NCBI GenBank assembly: GCA_965243155.1
Contig: CBDEUE010000005.1
Span: forward strand, 1,334-65,333
Direction of reading: 5' to 3'
Length of the DNA stretch: 64,000 nt
DNA from: Spiribacter sp.
GTDB taxonomy: Bacteria; Pseudomonadota; Gammaproteobacteria; Nitrococcales; Nitrococcaceae
Shown: positions 29,720 to 38,285 of the stretch, in pieces
Layout of the letters: every line of letters begins with the position of its first letter
Position numbering within the stretch: the first letter of the stretch is position 1
Notes under the pieces: generated by a model
Told to the model about the DNA's origin: nothing
Database searches by the model: none
What the model saw: only the letters and a program-made list of their open reading frames with translations
Program-made: the position numbers and the translations under genes

Positions 29720-30382
29720 CTAAAGGCTGAAGTGTCGGGTGATCGGGGCGCCCACCAATGCTGGTGCAAACGTATCGAAAAGGCTCTCGGTCGAGTACTG
29801 ATGCTCACCAACCCGCGTTACCAGCAACGCTTCCATAATCGGTGCTTGTCCGGTGATCAGAAAAAGCCGTCCACCATCGGTTAAGCGCTGATGAAAGCCT
29901 TGATGAAGCTCCGGTAGTGATCCGGTCACGATAATGACATCGTAGTGGTTACCATCGTTCCAGCCCGTGGCGGCATCACCGGTTTCAAGATGCACATTCT
30001 TAACACCCTCACGATGGAGGTGCGCCTGGGCCGCCTCAATGAATTCAGGGTAAAGGTCGACGCTTGTCACGTGACCAGCCATTTTTGCCAAACAAGCGGT
30101 GAGATAGCCGGTTCCCGTGCCAATCTCAAGGACCCGATCTTGTGACTGTGGATCCACCGCTTGAAGGAGTCGACCTTCAACCTTGGGCTCGAGCATTATC
30201 TCGCCATGTCCAATCGGAATTTGCATATCGGCATAGGCAAGATTTCGGTAGGCCTGGGGCGTGAAATGCTCACGTGGAATGGAGTCGAGGGTCTCAAGTA
30301 TCTCGCCGTTAAGAACTTCCCACGTTCGAAGTTGCTGCTCGACCATATTTTCTCTGGCAGCGGTCAGGTCCAAATCCGTCAT
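29720..30382 (-). CDS. pcm: Protein-L-isoaspartate O-methyltransferase family
   Basis: ARENMVEQQLRTW, PREHF, AYAD and VLEIGTGTGY. Confidence 0.9.
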   Translation of the reverse strand: MTDLDLTAARENMVEQQLRTWEVLNGEILETLDSIPREHFTPQAYRNLAYADMQIPIGHGEIMLEPKVEGRLLQAVDPQSQDRVLEIGTGTGYLTACLAKMAGHVTSVDLYPEFIEAAQAHLHREGVKNVHLETGDAATGWNDGNHYDVIIVTGSLPELHQGFHQRLTDGGRLFLITGQAPIMEALLVTRVGEHQYSTESLFDTFAPALVGAPITRHFSL

Positions 30383-30427
30383 GTCTGTGGCTCTATACAA
30401 AAGGGGCTGGATATACCCAGAAGATTA

Positions 30428-30596
30428 CGGGGTTTGCCCCAGAGCGACAAGGATTTCGCGGTCTATCCCCACCATATGGGGGATGGTTCGCCGGCATGGA
30501 CTCGGAGATAATTCATTTAGGTCAGTCGTCGGCCCTAGCGGTGATGGCGGCAAGGACGCTACCTTCTTCCCCGGGCCGATGGCTGGCCCACCTTTC
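30428..30596 (+). ncRNA. Candidate CsrA/RsmA-sequestering sRNA (RsmY/RsmZ/CsrB-like)
   Basis: Several ANGGA motifs lie in small hairpin loops, followed by a GC hairpin (30573-30589) with a weak U tail. Ends are approximate. Confidence 0.5.
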
Positions 30597-30700
30597 AGAC
30601 TGTCGTGCCTTGCAGCCATGAAGTGAGACTGGTATAAAGCACGGTTTCCTGAACGCGGCATCAGAGCGCGTAATTCGGACACAGAATTCGGGAGGCCCCA

Positions 30701-30937
30701 ATGGCCAAGGTCTGTCAGGTCACCGGCAAGCGGCCGATGACTGGTAACAACGTATCGCACGCCAACAACAAAACGCGGCGTCGGTTTCTGCCCAACCTGC
30801 GCTACCATCGCTTTTGGTTGGATAGCGAAAGCCGTTGGGTGCGCCTGCGTGTCTCATCCAAGGGCATGCGCATTATCGACAAGCTAGGCATCGAGCAGGT
30901 TGTTTCCGATCTGCGCGGCCGCGGCGAAAAAGTCTGA
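30701..30937 (+). CDS. rpmB: 50S ribosomal protein L28
   Basis: [33 protein letters not shown]. Confidence 0.98.
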   Translation: MAKVCQVTGKRPMTGNNVSHANNKTRRRFLPNLRYHRFWLDSESRWVRLRVSSKGMRIIDKLGIEQVVSDLRGRGEKV

Positions 30938-30946
30938 GGTTAAGTC

Positions 30947-31102
30947 ATGCGCGATAAGATTAAGCTCGTTTCGTCTGCCGGTACCGGTCATTTCTATACG
31001 ACCGATAAAAACCGCAAAAACACGCCACACAAGCTTGAGTTTCGTAAGTACGATCCGGTGGTACGTAAGCACGTAATCTACAAGGAAGCCAAGATCAAGT
31101 AA
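30947..31102 (+). CDS. rpmG: 50S ribosomal protein L33
   Basis: Hand translation: [51 protein letters not shown] (51 aa, below the ORF cutoff). Confidence 0.97.
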   Translation: MRDKIKLVSSAGTGHFYTTDKNRKNTPHKLEFRKYDPVVRKHVIYKEAKIK

Positions 31103-31123
31103 TGCACGCCGCTGGCAGATACC

Positions 31124-31152
31124 AAAAAGCCCGCCGTCGAGCGGGCTTTTTT
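31124..31152 (+). terminator. Intrinsic terminator after rpmG
   Basis: AAAAAGCCCGC-cgtcga-GCGGGCTTTTTT. Confidence 0.9.
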
Positions 31153-31164
31153 GTGGGCTAAACC

Positions 31165-31983
31165 ATGCCCGAGCTCCCCGAGGTTGAAACCACTCGCCGC
31201 GGGCTGGCGCCCCATTGCGAGGGCGCTCGCGTGGTGCGGCTTAAAGTACGGGAGCCCCGGCTACGCTGGCCCGTGGGCGCCGAAATGCCGGCCAGCGTTG
31301 CGGGCCGATCCATTGAGCGGCTAGATCGGCGGGGTAAATATCTAATTTTCCGCCTGAGCGACGGTGCCGCCATGCTCATGCATCTGGGGATGTCCGGTAG
31401 TGTTCGTGTCGTCTCGCCCGACCGCCCTCCACTTCGTCACGATCACATCGATATCGCGCTGGATAATGACAAGCTGCTGCGTTTTCACGACCCGCGCCGT
31501 TTTGGCAGCCTGCACTACGCCGCCGCTGATATCGAGAATCATCGTTTATTGCGCACGCTGGGACCGGAGCCCCTGTCTGATGCATTTACGGGTGACTATC
31601 TATGGCAACTGAGCCGGGGCCGTCGCTCAGCCGTTAAGCCTTTCATCATGGATTCTCATGTGGTGGTGGGAGTTGGCAATATTTATGCCGCGGAGTCTCT
31701 CTACCGGGCAGGCATCCATCCGTCGCGCGCCGCTGGTCGCATTGCAAGCCCCCGTTATGAAAACCTGGTAGGCCATATTCGTGATGTGCTGAGCGAAGCC
31801 ATCGAAATAGGTGGTACCACCTTGCGAGATTTCACTAACAGCCAGGGTGAGCCAGGCTATTTTCAGCAAACGCTCAATGTCTACGGTCGCGAAGGCTTGC
31901 CCTGCAAGCGATGCGCGCGCAGTTTAAAACTGATCCGCCTCGGCCAACGCGCTACTGTCTACTGCCCGAATTGTCAGCGCTAA
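31165..31983 (+). CDS. mutM: Formamidopyrimidine-DNA glycosylase
   Basis: MPELPEVE, HLGMSG, GVGNIY and a C-terminal zinc finger. Confidence 0.97.
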   Translation: MPELPEVETTRRGLAPHCEGARVVRLKVREPRLRWPVGAEMPASVAGRSIERLDRRGKYLIFRLSDGAAMLMHLGMSGSVRVVSPDRPPLRHDHIDIALDNDKLLRFHDPRRFGSLHYAAADIENHRLLRTLGPEPLSDAFTGDYLWQLSRGRRSAVKPFIMDSHVVVGVGNIYAAESLYRAGIHPSRAAGRIASPRYENLVGHIRDVLSEAIEIGGTTLRDFTNSQGEPGYFQQTLNVYGREGLPCKRCARSLKLIRLGQRATVYCPNCQR

Positions 31984-31991
31984 AAGCGATT

Positions 31992-33590
31992 TCAGACCGC
32001 AGCTACATGACCATCACTGCGCGGGTCTGCCGCCCCCTCCTGAAGTCCATCGGGATGACGAATAATCGCACCCGCATGGCCCATGGTGCTTTCGTATTCG
32101 CCAAGTATTTCAATGTCATGGCCTGCTTGCCGAAGCGCCTCTATTAACTCGGGGCTAAGGCGTGATTCTAGTTTTAGCGTGGTGCTTGATTCGCCCCAAG
32201 TTCTGCCTAGCAGCCAGCGAGGAGCAGTGACAGCCTGCTGAATGGGTGTGTTGAACATGCCATAGCGGCTGAATACCGCGGCCTGAGTTTGTGGCTGTCC
32301 CTCTCCACCCATCGTCCCGTAGACCATCTGCCGGTCATCATCAAACTGCGCCATCGCCGGATTGAGCGTATGGAAGGGGCGGCGTCCCGGCTCCAGCGCC
32401 TGGGGATGATTAGGATCTAGACCAAAGCTCATGCCCCGGTTTTGTAACAGCACCCCGGTGGTTGGGAGCACAACGCCACTGCCATATTCCCAGTAGATGG
32501 ACTGAATAAAACTGACTGCCCGTCCTTCGGCATCGATTGCGCCCATCCAGACGGTATCGCCGGGTTGGGCGGGATACGGCCATGGGGCTGCTTGCTTTGG
32601 ATCGATGCGACTAGCCGCTTGATCAAGGTGCTGCGGCGCTAACAAGGTCTGCGCTGGTGTTTGCATCCATTTTGGATCGGTTACTTCCGCATCTCTGACC
32701 AAGAACGCTTGTTTAGTAGCCTCGACAAGTCCATGTACATGCTCAAACCCCTCAGCCTGCTGGATACCCAGACGATCGAAGCAGCCCAGAATAAAAAGGG
32801 ATGCTAACCCTTGGGTGGGTGGCGGCATGTTGAAAACTTCCGCTCCTGCCCCATCGATCCGCAGTGATAATGGCGTGACGGTTAGTGCGTTGAATTCCTG
32901 AAAGTCTGAGAGAGCCAGAGGGCTTCCTAGGTTGGATGCCTCAGCGGCCATGTTCTCAGCAAGCGCGCCACGGTAGAAGTCATCCAGCCCCGCTTTCGCT
33001 AGCTGCTCAAGTGTCTCTGCCAGGCGGCCCTGTTTCAGCCTCGCGCCTGTATCCAGCGCAGATCCAGTCTCGCGCAGGAAGGTCTCGCGAAACCCGGGGA
33101 TGTCTGCAAGCTCGTCGAGCTTATTCGCTGTCAGCTCAGCCTGTCCTGCGGTAACCGCGACCCCCTCGCGGGCGAGGGCAATGGCGGGTTCGAGTAACCT
33201 AGATAGCGATAACCGTCGCGCATCGGATTGTGCATGAGCCAGCGCGGTTGCCCATCCGCTAACGGTGCCGGGGACGGTGAGTGCCGCAGCTGCCCCTCTT
33301 GCGGGGACGGAGGCCAGCTGTCGCTCGGCGTACCAAGACCGATCCGCAGCCTTGGCCGCTGGCCCGCATGCATCGATGCCAATGGGTTTTTGCCCCGGCT
33401 TACTAATGAGCCAAAATCCATCGCCACCAATGGCATTCATATGCGGATAGACCACTGCGATGACGGCGGCGGCAGCAACCATGGCCTCCACCGCACTTCC
33501 GCCCTCCCGCAATACGTCTCGGCCTGCATCGGCAGCTAAGTGATGGGGTGCGGTTACCATGCCGCGATGGCCAAGTGTGTTGTTGATCAT
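31992..33590 (-). CDS. Gamma-glutamyltransferase-family Ntn hydrolase, HpxW (oxamate amidohydrolase)-like
   Basis: GD|TVWMG...SFIQSIY.E.GSG, PFHTLNP, YGTMGGEGQPQTQAA and PRWLLGRTWG; no signal peptide. Confidence 0.85.
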   Translation of the reverse strand: MINNTLGHRGMVTAPHHLAADAGRDVLREGGSAVEAMVAAAAVIAVVYPHMNAIGGDGFWLISKPGQKPIGIDACGPAAKAADRSWYAERQLASVPARGAAAALTVPGTVSGWATALAHAQSDARRLSLSRLLEPAIALAREGVAVTAGQAELTANKLDELADIPGFRETFLRETGSALDTGARLKQGRLAETLEQLAKAGLDDFYRGALAENMAAEASNLGSPLALSDFQEFNALTVTPLSLRIDGAGAEVFNMPPPTQGLASLFILGCFDRLGIQQAEGFEHVHGLVEATKQAFLVRDAEVTDPKWMQTPAQTLLAPQHLDQAASRIDPKQAAPWPYPAQPGDTVWMGAIDAEGRAVSFIQSIYWEYGSGVVLPTTGVLLQNRGMSFGLDPNHPQALEPGRRPFHTLNPAMAQFDDDRQMVYGTMGGEGQPQTQAAVFSRYGMFNTPIQQAVTAPRWLLGRTWGESSTTLKLESRLSPELIEALRQAGHDIEILGEYESTMGHAGAIIRHPDGLQEGAADPRSDGHVAAV

Positions 33591-33593
33591 GGG

Positions 33594-34430
33594 TTAACTC
33601 ACTAAGTCCGAAAACATTCTTGCGGCTGTCAGTGCTAGGAAAATAGCAAACGCTAGCCTAAGGCTCTTGGGGTTGATTCGATGGGCAATGCTGGCCCCAA
33701 CGGGTGCCATGCGCATAGTAAGCGGCACGATGAGGGCAAATCCGATCAGATTGATATAGCCGATACTCCCGGGTGGTCTTGCGGCAACACCAATCCCGGC
33801 CGCGATAAAGCCGATGGCTCCCGGTATGCCAATAATCACCCCAAGTGCTGATGCGGTGCCAACCGCGCGGCGAATAGGGTAATTGCAAGCTGACAGCACC
33901 GGCACACCAAGCGTACCCCCGCCAATGCCCATCACTGCAGAGACTGCACCAATCAGACCACCAATCAGGGTTTGACCGGCTTTTTTAGGCAGGCCATCCC
34001 GCAGTGAGCTGCCCTCTGGCCGGAACGCCATGTTCGCAGCGACTAGCAAAGCGACGGTTGCGAAGACGGTACTTAAAACCGCACCGTCAAACAGACTGCC
34101 GGCGAAGCCACCCGCAATCGCACCGACTAGAACGAATGGGCCTAGAGTGCGAAGCAGGTCAATATCCATGCTGCCTTTTGCATAGTGTGATCGTGCCGAG
34201 ACAATCGAGGTGGGGATGATCGTGGCAAGAGAGGTGCCTACCGCCATATGCATGCGCACAGCTGGATCAATCTCTAGCAGCGAGAAGAGGTGGTAGAGCA
34301 CGGGTACGATGACAATACCCCCGCCAACACCAAGCAGCCCGGCCATGATTCCTGCGATGATGCCGGTGGCCATCAGTGCCAAGGCAAGGCCTGCCAGCCA
34401 AAGCGGATCGTAAGCTGCGAGCATTTCCAT
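33594..34430 (-). CDS. TauE/SafE-family anion exporter
   Basis: GLLGVGGG, AVGTSLA, GIGGG repeat and about 8 TM segments. Confidence 0.88.
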   Translation of the reverse strand: MEMLAAYDPLWLAGLALALMATGIIAGIMAGLLGVGGGIVIVPVLYHLFSLLEIDPAVRMHMAVGTSLATIIPTSIVSARSHYAKGSMDIDLLRTLGPFVLVGAIAGGFAGSLFDGAVLSTVFATVALLVAANMAFRPEGSSLRDGLPKKAGQTLIGGLIGAVSAVMGIGGGTLGVPVLSACNYPIRRAVGTASALGVIIGIPGAIGFIAAGIGVAARPPGSIGYINLIGFALIVPLTMRMAPVGASIAHRINPKSLRLAFAIFLALTAARMFSDLVS

Positions 34431-34433
34431 GAG

Positions 34434-35759
34434 TTACCAGCCTATTGCTTCCGGCAGCCAAGTTGCCATCTCGGGGAATATGAAAAGTAGGCCCAGCGCA
34501 ATGATCTGCAGGCCAATAAAAGGCAGCACTCCGATATAGATGTCACGGGTTGTGATGCCCGGAGGCGCTACGCCCTTTAAAAAGAACAAGGCCCATCCAA
34601 AGGGAGGTGTTAGAAACGAAGCCTGCAGATTCATCGCAACTAGAATCCCAAGCCAAACCATGTCGACATCGGCGCTGACAAAAAGTGGCAAGAACATCGG
34701 CAGAGCGATGTATGAAATCTCAATCCATTCTAGGAAAAAGCCGAGAATAAACAGCAGCAGCATCATAAAGAGCAGCTCTGCGGTGATGCCGCCGGGGACC
34801 ATGGCGAAGAGTGCTTCGACCAAATGTTCACCGCCCAGTCCGCGGAAAGCCAGGGCAAATGGCTGCGCGCACATCAAAATGAAGAAGACCATGGCCGAGA
34901 TACTGACTGTGCCCTTGAGTGTCTCGGAGAGCACTTGCCAGTTAAGGCGGCGGCCTACGCCGGCGATCAGCAGACTACCAGCCGCGCCCATTGAGGCTGC
35001 TTCGGTTGGTGCGGCAACGCCCCCAATAATTGAACCGAGCACGGCGAAGACCAGTAGGAGCGTCGGTGCAACTGACTTGGCAATTCTAAGCAGTAGCTCT
35101 TTTTTGTTGATCTCGGCACGTTCGGCAGCGGGTATGGCCGGTGCCATCTCCGGACGCAGCCAGCCGAGCCCGATCAAATAAATCACATACACACCCGCGA
35201 GCATGAGTCCTGGCATCAAAGCGGCAGCAAACAAGCTGCCCACCGACTCGCCAAGAATATCCGACAGCAGGATCAGGACGAGGCTTGGGGGCAGTATCTG
35301 CCCCAACGTACCGGAAGCGCAGATCGTCCCGCAGGCAAGCCCGCTGTTGTAGCCGCGGCGCATTAGTACAGGCAGCGTAAGCAGGCCAACGGTAACCACC
35401 GTGGCACCAACAATGCCGGTCGCGGCACCCATCAGTACGCCGACCAAGACAATGGCAATACCCATGCCACCCCGTAATCCCCCCATCGCATGGCCCATGG
35501 TCTCGAGTAAAGTGTCCGCGATTCGGGATTTCTCGAGCATCACTCCCATAAAAACAAAAAGCGGGATGGCCAGTAGGGTGTAATTGGTGACAACCCCGTA
35601 GATACGAGAGGGCAGCAGGCTGAACAAGCTATCGCCAAAGCCAAGAAAACCGAAAAAAAGGCCTGAGACCGCCAGTGAAATCCCAACCGGGATGCCGACG
35701 AAAATCATCCCCATGAATCCGGCCAGCATGAGCAGTGCAAGAATCTCTTGAGGGCTCAT
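34434..35759 (-). CDS. TRAP transporter large permease (DctM)
   Basis: LLAIPLFVFMG, ASGTLGQILPPS, PTEAA and SFLTPPFG. Confidence 0.94.
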   Translation of the reverse strand: MSPQEILALLMLAGFMGMIFVGIPVGISLAVSGLFFGFLGFGDSLFSLLPSRIYGVVTNYTLLAIPLFVFMGVMLEKSRIADTLLETMGHAMGGLRGGMGIAIVLVGVLMGAATGIVGATVVTVGLLTLPVLMRRGYNSGLACGTICASGTLGQILPPSLVLILLSDILGESVGSLFAAALMPGLMLAGVYVIYLIGLGWLRPEMAPAIPAAERAEINKKELLLRIAKSVAPTLLLVFAVLGSIIGGVAAPTEAASMGAAGSLLIAGVGRRLNWQVLSETLKGTVSISAMVFFILMCAQPFALAFRGLGGEHLVEALFAMVPGGITAELLFMMLLLFILGFFLEWIEISYIALPMFLPLFVSADVDMVWLGILVAMNLQASFLTPPFGWALFFLKGVAPPGITTRDIYIGVLPFIGLQIIALGLLFIFPEMATWLPEAIGW

Positions 35760-36262
35760 GCCGTCTCTCCTTGGGCGCGGATCTTTTGCATTGTCTTAAT
35801 GAGCGCGCCGAGCGCTTGCAGGGCTAGCAAGGTAAAGCCAATGGGAATGAAGGCTTTGAGTAAAAACCGATGGGGCAGGCCGCCGGGGTCGGGGGATCCC
35901 TGACCCATTGAATAAGAGGCGGTCACATAAGAAAGAGCCAGCCAGGCCAGGTAAAGCCCCACTCCCATGGTGAGAAAGGCGGTGGCGATGTCCACCAGCG
36001 CTTTTGTCCGCTGACTCATGCGCTCGTAGAACACATCAACTCGCACATGCTCGCCGTGGTGTAGCGCATAGGACATACCGAGCAGTGCTATCGGTGAGAT
36101 GAGATGCCATTCAAGTTCCTGTAGGCCTACGTTGCCGGCGCTAAAGAAATAACGGGCAAAGACATTGGCGGTCACCAGGGCAACCAGAATCAGGGCGCAG
36201 GCTTTGGCGAGCGATCCGCTTGCCTCCAACAATCGTCCAATGAGTCGAGTGATGGCCGTCAT
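35756..36262 (-). CDS. TRAP transporter small permease (DctQ)
   Basis: QELEWHL, HVRVDVFY and 4 TM segments. Confidence 0.93.
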   Translation of the reverse strand: MTAITRLIGRLLEASGSLAKACALILVALVTANVFARYFFSAGNVGLQELEWHLISPIALLGMSYALHHGEHVRVDVFYERMSQRTKALVDIATAFLTMGVGLYLAWLALSYVTASYSMGQGSPDPGGLPHRFLLKAFIPIGFTLLALQALGALIKTMQKIRAQGETA

Positions 36263-36300
36263 AGGTGGTTGTCTGCTGTTTTGAGTTAAAGGGCAAGAGG

Positions 36301-36326
36301 CCCGGCAACCAACACGGGTTGCCGGG
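36301..36326 (-). terminator. Stem-loop between dctP and dctQ (attenuator or mRNA stabiliser)
   Basis: Perfect 10-bp stem CCCGGCAACC/GGTTGCCGGG with a 6-nt loop. Confidence 0.65.
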
Positions 36327-36348
36327 AATTTGCAGTCTTGGACGCAGC

Positions 36349-37452
36349 TCAGCCCATGCTGAGGAACTGCTGCACCGGCGCTTCACTCAGACCGGCCCAG
36401 GATGCGTGCTTACTCAGGAACGCAAAGTAGGCGTCGTGCACCTTGCGGGTTTCCGGGTCAGCATTTGCACCCTGTTCAAGGACATCCATCGTCACTTCGC
36501 GCAGTTTTGCGACGACCGAATCAGGCAGCGTGCCCGCGATGACACCTTCGTTCTCAACCAAATCGGTTAATGCATCCGAGTTGTTGGCCTCAGACCAGGT
36601 GTGGCTTTCGAGATTGCAGGCCATAGCCGCCGTTTGCACGATTGCCTTGAGATCATCCGGAAGTTCGGCCCAAACATCGGCATTAATGAGCAGCTCGGTC
36701 GCATTGCTCGGCTCATGCCAGCCGGTGGTGTAGTAATACTTGGCGGCCTGATGCAGGCCGAGACGGCGATCCTGATAGGGACCGACAAACTCGGCAGCAT
36801 CCAAAACGCCGCGCTCAAGCGCTGGGAAGATTTCTCCACCCGGTAAGAGTCTGACGTTAACGCCAAGCTCGGCATACACTTTGCCGGCGAGGCCAGGGAT
36901 TCTCATGTTCAGTCCGTTGAAGTCATCAACGGAGGTAATCGGCTCGCGGAACCAGCCCGTCATCTGAACACCAGTGTTGCCCATTGGAAATGCGACCAGA
37001 CCGCGAGACGCATAGAGCTCGTGCCAGAGTTCTAGGCCACCACCATGATAAAGCCAGGCGTTCATGCCTTGGAAATTCATGCCGAATGGCACGGTCGTAA
37101 AATACTGCGCGGCAGGAATCTGGCCGGCCCAAAAATAGGCATTGGCGGCGTTAGTTTCGACGGTTCCTGCGGACACGGCTTCAAAACCCTCGAGCGCGGG
37201 AATAAGTTCGCCAGCGGCGAAGTGCTGAATCCTCAGGCGTCCACCGGACATGGCTTCGACTTTCGCGCAAAAGTCTTCTGGGCTGCCTGGGCCAGCCACG
37301 TAAAAGGGTGCCTCGGGCGGGTAGGCATTGGTCATACGCCAGGTGAAAGACTGTGATGACTGTGATTTGGCGACCATTGGCGCGCCGAGGACTCCAGCAC
37401 CTGCCGCAACACTCGCGCCGGCTTTCAGAAATTCGCGTCGTTTCATGCTCAT
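36349..37452 (-). CDS. TRAP substrate-binding protein, TakP (2-oxo/monocarboxylate) subfamily, Tat-exported
   Basis: KRREFLK Tat signal; VPFG, GNTGVQMTGWF, MRIPGL, AEFVGP.D and GWHEP. Confidence 0.9.
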   Translation of the reverse strand: MSMKRREFLKAGASVAAGAGVLGAPMVAKSQSSQSFTWRMTNAYPPEAPFYVAGPGSPEDFCAKVEAMSGGRLRIQHFAAGELIPALEGFEAVSAGTVETNAANAYFWAGQIPAAQYFTTVPFGMNFQGMNAWLYHGGGLELWHELYASRGLVAFPMGNTGVQMTGWFREPITSVDDFNGLNMRIPGLAGKVYAELGVNVRLLPGGEIFPALERGVLDAAEFVGPYQDRRLGLHQAAKYYYTTGWHEPSNATELLINADVWAELPDDLKAIVQTAAMACNLESHTWSEANNSDALTDLVENEGVIAGTLPDSVVAKLREVTMDVLEQGANADPETRKVHDAYFAFLSKHASWAGLSEAPVQQFLSMG

Positions 37453-37511
37453 TTTGCTTACCTCACTGCAATGTTTCGGGGCGCTTATGCCCCATTGGCA
37501 GTGAATGCATC

Positions 37512-37527
37512 GCAATACTCGTGCCAA
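37512..37527 (-). promoter_or_regulatory. Sigma54 (-24/-12) promoter of the TRAP-TauE-GGT operon
   Basis: Minus strand TTGGCACGAGTATTGC matches TGGCAC-N5-TTGC, about 60 nt upstream of the dctP ATG. Confidence 0.85.
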
Positions 37528-37607
37528 CTTTGCTGTATTGCAGCAAAAACGCCGATTTCAAAGGGTTTGCGAGGGGTTAAGGGGTATTAATAGGTAGTTG
37601 TTTGTCT

Positions 37608-37633
37608 ATGGTGCAGGCGCACCAGCGTGGTGC
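37608..37633. promoter_or_regulatory. NtrC-type enhancer site(s)
   Basis: Palindrome GCACCA-GCG-TGGTGC (37619-37633) plus an adjacent TGGTGCA half-site (37609-37615), about 90-105 bp upstream of the -24 box. Confidence 0.75.
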
Positions 37634-37815
37634 TATTGCGGGCGCTCCATAACTGACAATTGATCGTGAAAACCGAGTTTTTGTGTCAGTTGTCAGTGGC
37701 GCTGTAGGTTTTGGTCGGCTTCTTGCATGAATAACCGAGTGGTTGCCGTCATCCGTCAGGTAAGCACCGTATCAGCGCTTCTGCGCCTTATCGGCGCATC
37801 AATCAGGAGGCTTCT

Positions 37816-38262
37816 ATGGACGAGATGGATCGAATGATCCTTGATCTGCTCATCGAAGACAGTCGCATGAGTTTTGCTGAGATTGGTCGTAAGGTTGGGA
37901 TTTCCCGGGCCTATACGCGTGAGCGTATTCAGCATCTATTGGATGAAGGAGTCATCGAGAAATTTACCGCTGTTGTGAACCCGGCCAAGATGGGTCGTGC
38001 GGTTTCGGCTTTTATTGATGCCCGCATGCGGCCAGATGTGATTGAAACATTCGCCGAACGTCTTGGCGCCACCCCCGAGGTGGTCAGCCTTTATTTAATG
38101 AGCGACATGCAGAGTCTGCATATCCACACCCTGACCGACACGGAAGCTGATTTGGATGCCTTTGTCACGCGTCATTTTTTTAACCGCGACGGTGTCATCA
38201 GCATTGATTGCAAACAGTTGCTTCGACGCATTAAGCATCGTCGGGGCGGGCCGCGAGTGTAA
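37816..38262 (+). CDS. Lrp/AsnC-family transcriptional regulator
   Basis: MDEMDRMILDLL..DSRMSFAEIG HTH; AGGAGG RBS. Confidence 0.92.
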   Translation: MDEMDRMILDLLIEDSRMSFAEIGRKVGISRAYTRERIQHLLDEGVIEKFTAVVNPAKMGRAVSAFIDARMRPDVIETFAERLGATPEVVSLYLMSDMQSLHIHTLTDTEADLDAFVTRHFFNRDGVISIDCKQLLRRIKHRRGGPRV

Positions 38263-38285
38263 CGCGGACCCTTCGATAACCCCCA

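Noticed and set aside
30400-30700. TPP riboswitch or tRNA remnant upstream of pcm, and ORFs 30261..30626 / 30425..30808
   Set aside because: No CTGAGA TPP core or cloverleaf was found. The ORFs overlap pcm or rpmB antisense and lack recognisable motifs.
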